64,000 bases of DNA from Neoechinorhynchus agilis (taxonomy: Eukaryota > Animalia > Acanthocephala). The stretch is from the NCBI GenBank assembly GCA_051530055.1, contig CM121342.1, positions 15,887,480 through 15,951,479 of the forward strand, in the 5' to 3' direction. The notes under the pieces were generated by a model. It was not told where the DNA came from. It did not search any database and saw nothing but the letters and a program-made list of their open reading frames with translations. Both the position numbers and the translations under genes were made by a program. This document shows positions 36,501-47,989 of this stretch, piece by piece (the stretch's first letter is position 1; every line of letters begins with the position of its first letter).

Positions 36501-39500
36501 ACATAAGAACACGCGCACTTGTCTTTTTACTCATTTTGTCGTCTCTTTAATTCACTTAATCGAGTACGAATGAACGTGCACATTTCTGGTTCTCAGAAAG
36601 GAAATCCGAATTCGACATAAGAACACGCGCACTTGTCTTTGTACTCATTTTGTCTTCTCTTTAATTCACTAAATCGAGTACGAATGAACGTGCACATTTC
36701 TCGTTCTCAGAAAGGAAATCGGAATTCGACATAAGAACACGCGCACTTGTCTTTGTACTCATTTTGTGTTCTCTTTAATTAACTAAATCGAGTACCAATG
36801 AACGTGCATATTTCCATTCTCAGAAGAATCGAGATTCTAGACAAGACGCGCGTCTTTGCCCTCATTTTGTCATCTCTTATTCACTTTCCGTCGTGGCAAA
36901 CTCTCGTTCTCAGAAAAATCGAATTCGACATGAGACACTGGTGCGGGAAGATGCTTTTGATACGTACTCTTTAATTTATTTCTAGTGATACCAATGAACG
37001 TGCACATTTCTCGTTCTCAGAAAGGAAATCGGAATTCGACATAGGAACACGCGCACTTGTCTTTGTACTCATTTTGTGTTCTCTTTAATTCACTGAATCG
37101 AATACCAATGAACGTGCACATTTCTCGTTCCAAGAAAGGAAATCGGAATTCGAGATAGGAACACACGCGCGCGTGCTTTTTATTCATTTTGTGTTCTCTT
37201 TAATTGACTGAATCGAGTACGAATGAACGTGCACATTTCTCGTTCTAAGAAAGGAAATTGGAATTCGAGATAAGAACACGCGCACTTGTCTTTGTACTCA
37301 TTTTTGTGTTCTCTTTAATTCACTGAATCGAGTACGAATGAACGTGCACATTTCTCGTTCTCAGAAAGGAAATCGGAATTCGACATAAGAACACGTGCAC
37401 TTGTCTTTGTACTCATTTTGTGTTCTCTTTAATTCACTGAATCGAGTACCAATGAACGTGCACATTTCTCGTTCTAAGAAAGGAAATTCGAATTGAGATA
37501 AGAACACGCGCACTTGTCTTTGTACTCGTTTTGTGTTCCCTTTAATTCACTCAATCGAGTACCAATGAACGTGCACATTTCTCGTTCTCAGAAAGGAAAT
37601 CGGAATTCGACATAGGAACACGCGCACTTGTCTTTGTACTCATTTTGTCTTCTCTTTAATTCACTAAATCGAGTACCAATGAACGTGCACATTTCTCGTT
37701 CTCAGAAAGGAAATCGGAATTCTAGATAAGAACACGCGCACTTGTCTTTGTACTCATTTTGTCATCTCTTTAATTCACTGAATCGAGTACGAAATAACGT
37801 GCACATTTCTCGTTCTCAGAAAGGAAATCGGAATTCGACATAAGAACACAGGCGCGCGTGCTTTTTATTCATTTTGTCTTCTCTTTAATTCACTAAATCG
37901 AGTACCAATGAACGTGCACATTTCTCGTTCTCAGAAAGGAAATCGGAATTCGACATAGGAACACGCGCACTTGTCTTTGTACTCATTTTGTGTTCTCTTT
38001 AATTCACTGAATCGAATACTTTCCAATGAACGTGCACATTTCTCGTTCCAAGAAGGAAATCGAATTCGAGATAAGAACACACGCGCGCGTGCTTTTTATT
38101 CATTTTGTGTTCTCTTTAATTGACTGAGTCAAATTACGAATGAACGTGCACATACTCGTTCTAAGAAAGGAAATTGGAATTCGAGATAAGAACACGCGCA
38201 CTTGTCTTTGTACTCATTTTGTGTTCTCTTTAATTCACTGAATCGAGTACGAATGAACGTGCACATTTCTCGTTCTAAGAAAGGAAATTGGAATTCGGGA
38301 TAAGAACACGCGTACTTGTCTTTGTACTCATTTTGTGTTCCCTTTAATTCACTGAATCGAGTACGAATGAACGTGCACATTTCTCGTTCTAAGAAAGGAA
38401 ATTTCAATTCGAGATAAGAACAGGCGCACTTGTCTTTGTACTCATTTTGTGTTCTCTTTAATTCACTGAATCGAGTACGAATGAACGTGCACATTTCTCG
38501 TTCTAAGAAAGGAAATTGGAATTCGAGATAAGAAACCCGCGCACTTGTCTTTGTACTCATTTTGTGTTCCCTTTAATTCACTAAATCGAGTACGAATGAA
38601 CGTGCACATTTCTCGTTCTCAAAAATTAAATCGGAATTCGAGATAAGAACACGCGCACTTGTCTTTGTTCTCATTTTGTGTTCTCTTTAATTAACCAAAT
38701 CGAGTACCAATGAACGTGGACATTTCTCGTTCTCAGAAAGGAAATCGGAATTCGACATAAGAACACGCGCACTTGTCTTTGTTCTCATTTTGTGTTCTCT
38801 TTAATTCGCTAAATCGAGTATGAATGAACGTGCACATTTCTCGTTCTCAGAAAGGAAATCGGAATTCGAGATAAGAACACGCGCACTTGTCTTTGTACCC
38901 ATTTTGTGTTCTCTTTAATTCACTAAATCGAGTACGAATGAACGTGCACATTTCTCGTTCTCAGAAAGGAAATCCGAATTCGACATAAGAACACGCGTAC
39001 TTGTCTTTGTACTCATTTTGTGTTCTCTTTAATTCACTAAATCGAGTACCAATGAACGTGCACATTTCTCGTCCTCAGGAAGGAAATCCGAATTCGACAT
39101 AAGAACACGCGCACTTGTCTTTGTACTCATTTTGTGTTCTCTTTAATTCACTGAATCGAGTACCAATGAACGTGCACACTTCTCGTTCTAGGAAAGGAAA
39201 TCGGAATTCGAAATAAGAACACGCGCACTTGTCTTTGTACTCATTTTGTGTTCTCTTTAATTCACTAAATCGAGTACCAATGAACGTGCACATTTCTCGT
39301 TCTAAGAAAGGAAATTGGAATTCGACATAAGAACACGCGCACTTGTCTTTATACTCATTTTGTGTTCCCTTTAATTCACTGAATCGAGTACCAATGAACG
39401 TGCACATTTTTCGTCCTCAGGAAGGAAATCGGAATTCGAAATAAGAACACGCGCACTTGTCTTTGTACTCATTTTGTGTTCTCTTTAATTCACTAAATCG

Positions 39501-40643
39501 TGTACCAATGAACGTGCACATTTCTCGTTCTCAGAAAGGAACTCGGAATTCGAGATAAGAACACGCGCACTTGTCTTTGTACTCATTTTGTGTTCTCTTT
39601 AATTCACTAAATCGTGTAGCAATGAACGTGCACATTTCTCGTTCTCAGAAAGGAACTCGGAATTCTAGATAAGAACACGTGCACTTGTCTTTGTACTCAT
39701 TTTGTGTTCTCTTTAATTCACTAAATCGAGTACCAATGAACGTTCACATTTCTCGTCCTCAGGAAGGAAATCGGAATTGAAATAAGAACACGCTTGTCTT
39801 GTACTCATTTTGTATTCCCTTTAATTCACTGAATCGAGTACCAATGAACGTGCACATTTCTCGTCCTCAGGAAGGAAATCGAATTTGAAATAAGAACACG
39901 CGCACTTGTCTTTGTACTCATTTTGTGTTCTCTTTAATTCACTGAATCGAGTATTAATGAACGTGCATTTCTCGTTCTAAGAAGGAAATTGGAATTCGAG
40001 ATAAGAACACGCTTTTGCGTGCTTTTTATTAATTTTGTCTTCTCTTCTATTCACTAAATCGTGTGCAATGAACGTGCACATTTCTCGTTCTCAGAAAGGA
40101 AATCGGAATTCGACATAGGAACACGCGCACTTGTCTTTGTACTCATTTTGTGTTCTCTTTAATTCACTGAATCGAGTACCAATGAACGTGCACATTTCTC
40201 GTCCTCAGGAAGGAAATCGGAATTCGAAATAAGAACACGCGCACTTGTCTTTGTACTCATTTTGTGTTCCCTTTAATTCACTGAATCGAGTACCAATGAA
40301 CGTGCACATTTCTCGTCCTCAGGAAGGAAATCGGAATTCGAAATAAGAACACGCGCACTTGTCTTTGTACTCATTTTGTGTTCTCTTTAATTCACTGAAT
40401 CGAGTATTAATGAACGTGCACATTTCTCGTTCTAAGAAAGGAAATTGGAATTCGAGATAAGAACACGCGCGCGTGCTTTTTATTAATTTTGTCTTCTCTT
40501 TAATTCACTAAATCGTGTACCAATGAACGTGCACATTTCTCGTTCTCAGAAAGGAAATCGGAATTCGACATAGGAACACGCGCACTTGTCTTTGTACTCA
40601 TTTTGTGTTCTCTTTAATTCACTGAATCGAGTACCAATGAACG
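24524..40643. repeat. Tandem satellite DNA, 114-bp monomer, about 141 copies
   Basis: Consensus gaacgtgcacatttctcgttctcagaaaggaaatcggaattcgacataagaacacgcgcacttgtctttgtactcattttgtgttctctttaattcactaaatcgagtaccaat. The period was checked (24750 to 24864). Confidence 0.98.
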
Positions 40644-41159
40644 GACCATCAGTCTAGTAAAATTGTCGATTCGTAAAGTTATGGAACGTTCCCAATTTTT
40701 CAGTTTAAAACTGTCGACGCTGTTGGAAGTAAATCGGAAAATTCACCATTGCTAAACCTTGACCCTTCATTTTCCCGTCGGATTTAGCCACCGTAGCTTA
40801 GTTAACGCCGTCTTGGAACCACCGATGAAAAAAGTGATCTTTACGTGCAGGTCGCTCCTGGTAGTGAAAATAATGCCGGACAAATGCGCCGAAAAACTGC
40901 TTCTGATTCGCACATTTTATCTGGAAGAATACTTACAAGAAGCAAACTTTAATATTAAGAGATGACTGTTGCGATTGATCGTTATTCGACTGAAAAGCAT
41001 TAGGGGAAATTATTTTCATTGCATGCGTGCTATAAAGTGAACAATTTTGAGAGCGCTTTGTAGGATTTCTCTCGTGTATTTTTCGCTTGCTCAATAAAGT
41101 ATTTGCATTTATATGTATTAAGTGCCAGGAAATAAATTCTGGCACCTTATTTAGGCGAA

Positions 41160-42320
41160 ATGAAGGCTGACATGAATGACATTTTACGAATAGGACGCCC
41201 AAAAATGACTTTAAAAAAATCATCTTCAAAGCACAAGAAGAAGCCTTCTAATCTATCGAGAGAAGCATGGTCTTTGGTGCAGGATTCGAGACAGGAAACG
41301 ATCGACAATCTTGTGAAGGCGACCCAGAAACCGAGAAACAAGGTCAATCGGAGTAAATCATCGAGGATACGATCATGGATCCACCGTACAAATGGCGTGT
41401 TTGGGAAACGATGGAGACGTGAGGACGATAAACGACCAAGTGAATCTTCAAAGACGTCTTTAGCAGTTCATGAATTCACGAGCCAAGAATATTGGAAGAA
41501 GATTGGAGACGACGAATTCTGGTCGTTGGGAAGAACAAGGTATTTGTTTGATTTGTTAAAACGATGCAACTATAGGTTTGTGATCGCTTATGGTGCCTGG
41601 GACGAGGAGGGGCATGGTAAAATCGACGTTGAAGGAATCAAAGAACGATTTTACTATGTTCTGGGGCGATTGAACAAAACCAAACGTAACGAAGGGTTTA
41701 AATACAGCGCAGACGATGAAAGGAAACGAAGAGCCATATCTGAGCTTAAAATGGATCGAAATGAAGACGAAGAAAAGGAAGCAGAAGTCGTACATGAATG
41801 GCATAAGCAATATGTCGACGAACATAAGATCTGTGTACAGAAAAGTGAGGAAATCACCTACCATTTAAAAGTAGTTGAAGAACGAATGAAAGAAATGAGG
41901 GAGAAAAAAACCGAAAGCGTAGTTGAGAAAGTGATTGACAAATATCCTGCTAACGTATGAGTGGATCTAGTACCCAACCCGGAAGGATTTGTAGTTTTGG
42001 GTTATTATGATGAAGTCATTAACAAAATATTTGTGGTGGGTTCGAGAGTCACTCATTTAATGAGTCGGATAATGATTGATTTGGTGAAACTGAACACAAA
42101 AAGACCGAATTCCATCGATCCATTCTTGCAAAAGATTGGATTAAGGCCTCTGGTAATGCAAACCGATTTCAATCTGAAAAAATTAGAAGCATTCGTTCAG
42201 ATGTGGGATGCATATAATGGTTTAACCGAACGAACGGCCCTTGCGTATCATCTCGACGATTTACTGATGTCTTTGCTGAGGTCGATTTATAATTTAGGCC
42301 AAGGAAAGTGTAACATTTGA
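41160..42320 (+). CDS. DMAP1: DMAP1/Swc4 (NuA4/SWR1 subunit) with SANT domain
   Basis: ADMNDIL, SNLSREAWSL, FTSQEY..., FWSLGRTRYLFDLLKRCNYRFVI...GIKERFY and DDERKRR. The in-frame downstream ORF LQKIGLRPLVMQT matches the Swc4/DMAP1 C-terminal domain. A TGA at 41958-41960 probably lies inside an intron (41845-41970). Confidence 0.88.
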
Positions 42321-42569
42321 TGAATAGATCTCTTCAAACGATACCTTTCCTTCAATAAATCCTCAATCATTGAAGAAAATCGATTTTTCCATTATGCCTT
42401 CTTGGGACTCTTTAGTTTCCACTAAGACGACTCCAGAAAAAAAGGAGGAAGACGGTTGTAGAGATCAATAAATACCACGATTGGGAATGTCGATGATATG
42501 TGAAATACCGGGGAACGATATTGGAATTATTGTTCAGAAGTCTTCACCCACGGTAAATAATTATTTATT

Positions 42570-42607
42570 AAAGACGTTTCGAACCTCGTCGGGTTCATCA
42601 TCAGTTT
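42570..42607 (-). ncRNA. Minimal hammerhead ribozyme, canonical core, GUC site
   Basis: AAA CTGATGA T GAACC-CGACGA-GGTTC GAAA CGT C TTT, then AATAAATAA. Confidence 0.85.
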
Positions 42608-42669
42608 GTTGGTTAGTAATAGACGCAATTTTAATTTAATTTGACATATACGACCTAGAGTTTATTTAT

Positions 42670-42708
42670 TTGCCTAGCTTTCGCCGTATTACGGCTTCAT
42701 CTGGGCAA
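42670..42708 (-). ncRNA. Minimal hammerhead motif, U4>A
   Basis: TTGCC CAGATGA A GCCG-TAATA-CGGC GAAA GCT A GGCAA, then ATAAATAAA. Confidence 0.7.
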
Positions 42709-43248
42709 TTGCTTATATTTTTTTAGATATAGGTCGTATAAGTCAAATTAAATTAAAATTAAGACACACACCTGGAAAATCAAGCAGCGATTCACGTTAT
42801 TAGTAATAGACGTTACGACGGGTTCGAAGCGTCTTTAATGAATAATCATTTATCGGGTATATACCTAAACAATAACTCTAACCACTAATGGGGAGATGTA
42901 GAGACTGGAAGTTTTGGAGTTGGGACGAAACTAAATGCTAACGCTTTGAGAACCCGAGATTTAAAAAGCCGCAGAAGATTTCAAATATTCCATTTAACAT
43001 TCTTTCGTGGCTATAAACGCTAAAAATGAAGTGCTGTGATGAATGTGTAGCCAACACTATAATTTAATCCCACATTTAGACATAACACTTTAATTTGTAC
43101 CACTTTATCGGCATTGTAAAGAAGTTGATCGTTTATGTATGTGTTCTTTGGTTATTATAGAAATAGAGACTTTTTATTCGATTTTCGCTAACGAACTCTC
43201 ATGCGAGAAACGTCCTTTTAACTTTTTTTCTATATCCAAACGATTTAC

Positions 43249-43286
43249 AATCTGAAGAAGTCCGACGAGATGGACGAAATATTGAG
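43249..43286 (+). ncRNA. Decayed minimal hammerhead motif
   Basis: CTGAAGA A GTCC-GACGAGAT-GGAC GAAA TATTGAG AATAAATAAAT. Core and helix II are intact; the helix I/III register is broken. Confidence 0.55.
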
Positions 43287-43473
43287 AATAAATAAATCAG
43301 TCTCTATTTTTGTAATCACTAAAGAACACATTTATGAGCGTTCGATTATGTTTGGATTGTCATCGTTGTCTTGCGCCTTGCACATTGTGGAGATTCTTTA
43401 AATTGGAATTAGTTGGCACTGGTGAACAATTTAATGTTATGGGCGACGAAAATTTAGAATTTTGTTTTTAGAT

Positions 43474-44811
43474 ATGAATTTACTTTTAATATTGCTCACG
43501 GTGTCTTCTAAATGTCTTAAAGACGAAACAACTGTCGAATGTATTGGTCTATTTTCCTTCTTACACCATAAAGATATTCGCTGTTCAGTTCAAGAAATGC
43601 TCGAAGATAAGCGCCTGATGTTTAATCAATCGATCGAATCAATAACTAGAATGCCTGATTTTAAGGCGGATATGATCGGTGGTATTTGCAAGAAAATATT
43701 AAAAGTCCGTACGGAAGGACACTAGAGCGGTTCAAATTAAGCCTCGTGCAGTTCCTGTAGATTTTGTGCGATAACATAAAATGGGGATTTGTTTTTTATC
43801 GAAGAAATTTCCGACGGTTTTATTAGCCATATTTGCTTGTGAGACAAACTCATTTATATTCACTTCACTGCTCTTCTGAAAAGCTTGGATCGAAGAGAGG
43901 GGTTGTAAAAAGTTCATCTTAATGACCTTATGGTTAGGTTTATTTTTAGATACACGAGCAGCCAAATCACAACGATGGCGACTTGTCTTTATTTTAATCA
44001 TTTTGAATCTTGTAATCTTACACTGATCAAAATGTAACATTATTATAAATTCCATCAAATTTGCAAATAATGTTATAAAGCGATCAATCCAACCTTAATT
44101 TTTAAAATCCATTATTCACTCAAGTAGTCGTTCTGAGACACATCAAATGTTTCACTAAGGCGTTGTGCTAAAATTTAAGCGATTCGATATGGTATCATCG
44201 TAACATTAAGTCGGATTTTTGTCCATTGTGTAAAAAATTTGAATTTTGTTAGAGCATGAAATTTGAACAATAACTCGCTTATTCGCCGAGGTTCATTTTC
44301 TTCTGCGACTCAAAATGAACATGATCGATTTTGGGATCTCGAAAAAGCACTAAATTGTCCTAACCAAGTCTTTTTAACAGACATTGCACGAATCTCGAGG
44401 ATATATAAATCGCATCAATTTTGTTCCTGATCATTCCAAGCTTGATTCCGAGCGTTTAAAAACAGGTCAATTGTATTTGTTTCTTGTGAAGTGCAAACCA
44501 CATATCACTTAGTAGACGTCTATCGTATACTGGAGAACATTGTCATCTTGTCTGATTTGATTGATTCCATCCATGGCCCTCAAGTTATAGAAGAAATTCA
44601 ATTAAAGAAGTACCGCGTAGAATTGGTCAAATGGTGCCTTATGTTCAGCCAAAAAATGAACCTATATAATCAATCGACTGCTGAACGCATCCTTGCAAGC
44701 GTATGTTTATGCTTCTGATGTACCGTGTATAAATTGATCGATTTTAGTACTCAAAACTAACTAAATCATCCACTCCAAGATCAGATCTTTAATAAAATCT
44801 TTCTTGGTTAA
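43474..44811 (+). CDS. CCDC134-like secreted/ER protein, multi-exon
   Basis: Signal peptide MNLLLILL. EMLEDKR...KKILKV resembles KMFEVKR...KGLFKV; LHESRGYINRINFVPD..SERLK resembles LEDSRTVLTAADVLPD..DEKLK; RILENIVILSDL resembles HVVENTAFFGDV; LVKWCLMFSQKMNLYNQ resembles LIRWGISFCNQTGVFNQ. The 3' end is approximate. Confidence 0.6.
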
Positions 44812-45559
44812 TAGGATTGCGATCTCGCTCTACCCCTCATCTACAGTGATACGCGATTTTTGTTGTTCCCGATAAAAACTACGCATATTCCGACATTTCA
44901 CTTGAAAATATCTGATCAACGCACAATTTTATAGGTCTATTGATATGCTCGTTAAAACCCTCTCTCATTCTGTCAATATTTAGCATCTTTCATAGCTACA
45001 TTAATCGAGCAAATCTCGCCTACTTGTGTTTACAAACCGTTTTAAACACAACTATCTCGATATGACCATCTATCCTTAGCAAAATCTATCTCTGGCATAG
45101 AATGTGATGGTCACGGTTTCCTTTATTCTTCAAGAATTCTCGAATATTTGTACTCTGTTTTGCCTCGATACAAGAAAAGCCATGGTGTGAAAATACTGAA
45201 ACTAATTTTATGCTTTAAAATGTTCTTAAGTATCAACGGATGAAACGGGTGTTCGTTCATGACTGATTTTCATATTTAAATGTCAAACTTTTCCATTATT
45301 TATAGTGCCTTTACGGATGACTTGCTAAAATTTCAACATTTATCCGAAATTTATTAGTTTCCAATACTTTAGATATCCACAAAATGCTTCGAATTGGGTC
45401 GTAGAATGAGGGAAACGACCGACGACAACAGGAGTGAGGTAGCGCCAGCAGAATTATGGACACGATCTCAACAAGTGGCGAGATTGCATGTAATTTTCAA
45501 TATTAAATAACTGAAATTATATAATAAATTATCTACAATCATTTAATGTTGTGTAAACT

Positions 45560-45810
45560 AAATTATCGAATTATCGCGAATTTTCGTTGTGAGAATCAAT
45601 CGCAGCTTAGAAGTCGCCTATAGACGGTAAGTTCGTTTATCGAAGTACCGCGAATTTCCGTTGTGAGAATCTATCGTAGTTTAACAAAGGGTTCGGAGCT
45701 TTTAACAAAGTTGAAAACAAGTCAATGTATTAGCCTTCAAAAATTTATTTTTAATCGACGGCAATTCGCGAATTATCGTTCTAAGAATCGATCGTAGTTA
45801 AGGAAGGCTC
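45560..45810. repeat. Degenerate repeat of about 50 bp, three copies here plus copies near 24125 and 46200
   Basis: Shared core aagtatcgcgaatt(w)tcgttgtgagaatc(d)atcgtagtttaac. Confidence 0.6.
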
Positions 45811-46284
45811 TTTGTGTCACTTTATTTCTACTGCAAATCAAATCGAGTTTTTGAAATTTTTTAAGAAAAACTGTTTTTGAAGTTTGGCCATCCGGTAACT
45901 TTTCAGTATCCTTGTGTGACCTCGTGGTAGATAATTTTTCTTAGTACACAGCCCACTGATCTGGTTCAGGGACGCGCATAAAATCACACTTAATATCCTG
46001 AACCAAACGCGGTTATTAGTTTGTACATCGTGAGCTGCCCAAGGAAAATTATCAGCCGTGAGGCCATTAAGGATACTGAAAAACTGTTTATTAACTTTCA
46101 AAAATTTATTTTTAATCGACACCTAATGAAATTTGTACCGGCAGAAATAAAATAAATATGATTTTGAAAATCTTTCAATTTTGTGCAAATTCCTTTATCG
46201 AAGTATCGCGATTTTTTGTTGTGAAAATATGTTTTAGTTAAAAAACCTTTTTTACTTTATTTCAAATGCTGACCAAATCTGTTT

Positions 46285-46790
46285 TATTAAGTGCCAGGAA
46301 ATAAATTCTGGCACCTTATTTAGGCGAAATGAAGGCTGACATGAATGACATTTTACGAATAGGACGCCCAAAAATGACTTTAAAAAAATCATCTTCAAAG
46401 CACAAGAAGAAGCCTTCTAATCTATCGAGAGAAGCATGGTCTTTGGTGCAGGATTCGAGACAGGAAACGATCGACAATCTTGTGAAGGCGACCCAGAAAC
46501 CGAGAAACAAGGTCAATCGGAGTAAATCATCGAGGATACGATCATGGATCCACCGTACAAATGGCGTGTTTGGGAAACGATGGAGACGTGAGGACGATAA
46601 ACGAGCAAGTGAATCTTCAAAGACGTCTTTAGCAGTTCATGAATTCACGAGCCAAGAATATTGGAAGAAGATTGGAGACGACGAATTCTGGTCGTTGGGA
46701 AGAACAAGGTATTTGTTTGATTTGTTAAAACGATGCAACTATAGGTTTGTGATCGCTTATGGTGCCTGGGACGAGGAGGGGCATTCCTGA
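46285..46790 (+). pseudogene. Truncated, near-identical duplicate of the DMAP1 5' region
   Basis: 46285-46784 matches 41116-41615 (500 bp) with one visible substitution (P>A). The frame ends EEGHS* inside the SANT domain. Confidence 0.9.
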
Positions 46791-47651
46791 TATGATGAAC
46801 ATGTCGTGTGTATTTAAATTTTTGATGCAATTTCTTTTCAATCAATGTGTTAATACTGTTTTTCCACTTCGTATTTATATTTTTAATTTCAGTAAGCAAT
46901 ACTTAACAACTAATATCAGTGAAATAATTACGTTTGAAGTGCACCATTGCTCGTGATGAAGCTGTTAATGAAAAGCACATTCTTTTTTATGCAAAATTAA
47001 GTGTTTCTCTCTCGCACTTCAGAGGCCACCCAATTTTTTTGATTGCATTCGCTTTCCTGAAGTGTTCGGCCTTCTTCTGAAATACTGCGATTTTTAGCTA
47101 AAATCCAATATGTCAACACTTAGTTCGCTGAAATTTTGAAGGCGCTTTCGAGAAGAGCTGTCTTTACTTTGAGTTTCGACTTTATTAAACCTTCAACGAA
47201 AATCTACCAAGCATCATATTAATCATCATGAAAAGCAATTATTTTAAGGGAACTTAGCGTGGGGATAGAAGCGTACAAATCGATTTGAAGATATCATTCG
47301 AACATATAAGCAGCGGCGCAGAGAAAGGTCTGATCAGATTCTACATACGAAAATGTTCTAAAAATGTAAGTTTAGAAGTTGCATGAGGCACAGTCCCGCG
47401 AATATAATAGCGTCTGCGTGGATTTTAATTTTTATGTAAAGGCTTGAAAATTTCCTGGTTAAAAAACAAATCTTATTTTTCTACTTGAACAAGACGTGAC
47501 TCACCTTTCAGGCTCTCTTCAGTTTGCGCGACTCATTCGGTGTCACGGGGCAGCAGCGTGAACCTCGCGCAGGAAATTATATGTTTAGTTAAAGTGGGCT
47601 AGAGAATAAGTGTAAAACGCAAATATAATCACATATCTAGACACCTTACTT

Positions 47652-47725
47652 TTATATATTTCGCGAGGAAACCTCGCCTTATCAATCATTATTTGCAAGT
47701 GTAAAGCGAGGTTTCCTCTTTCGAA
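47652..47725 (-). ncRNA. Hammerhead motif (47652-47688, U3-A8) in a 70-bp direct repeat of 48035-48104
   Basis: TGA TTGATAA G GCGAGG-TTT-CCTCGC GAAA TAT A TAA (one helix I mismatch). Confidence 0.65.
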
Positions 47726-47989
47726 TCCGGAAAATGTTTACTCACAAAAGCGCTAACTCCTTTATTCTCGTTCATTTTTTCCATCATGTACTCGAAGAAA
47801 TATTCGAACGTTTTACAGTCATCGCCTTTCAGTTCGGGTTTTGGTCTATACGAGATACCAAAGCTATTTTTCGCGGTCTATTAGGAGGATTCGAAAATAT
47901 AGGAATTGGATTTTTGACTATTATTTAACGAAAATAACAGAATTGTTTATTTAACAAGCCGTTTTGAGACCATAAAAGAAGTCTTTACT

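Larger units (their letters stand above)
42555..42851. mobile_element. Nested ORF-less foldback element carrying two hammerhead motifs
   Basis: Outer inverted repeat 42555-42591/42816-42851, inner inverted repeat 42627-42657/42730-42760, and a 13-bp direct repeat ttagtaatagacg at 42613 and 42800. Confidence 0.75.

Noticed and set aside
36815-36990. Highly aberrant monomers as a distinct insertion
   Set aside because: It is still alignable to the monomer, with many small deletions typical of unpolished long-read error.
24953-39407. Many 63-159 aa ORFs in the array
   Set aside because: They are translations of the satellite monomer, interrupted by stops and indels; no sign of a gene structure.
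24524-40643. CRISPR array
   Set aside because: Contiguous 114-bp monomers with no unique spacers, no cas genes, and an intron-containing eukaryotic context.
41958-41960. TGA reassignment (alternative genetic code) suggested by DMAP1 and the satellite frame
   Set aside because: TGA is used at the expected ends of the calcium-sensor and AP-3 sigma genes, and no conserved Trp positions are encoded by TGA.
47490-47525. Hammerhead-like CTGAAGA...ACGTC on the minus strand
   Set aside because: GAAA is missing at the required position and helix II is imperfect; it could be a very old relic but is not supportable.
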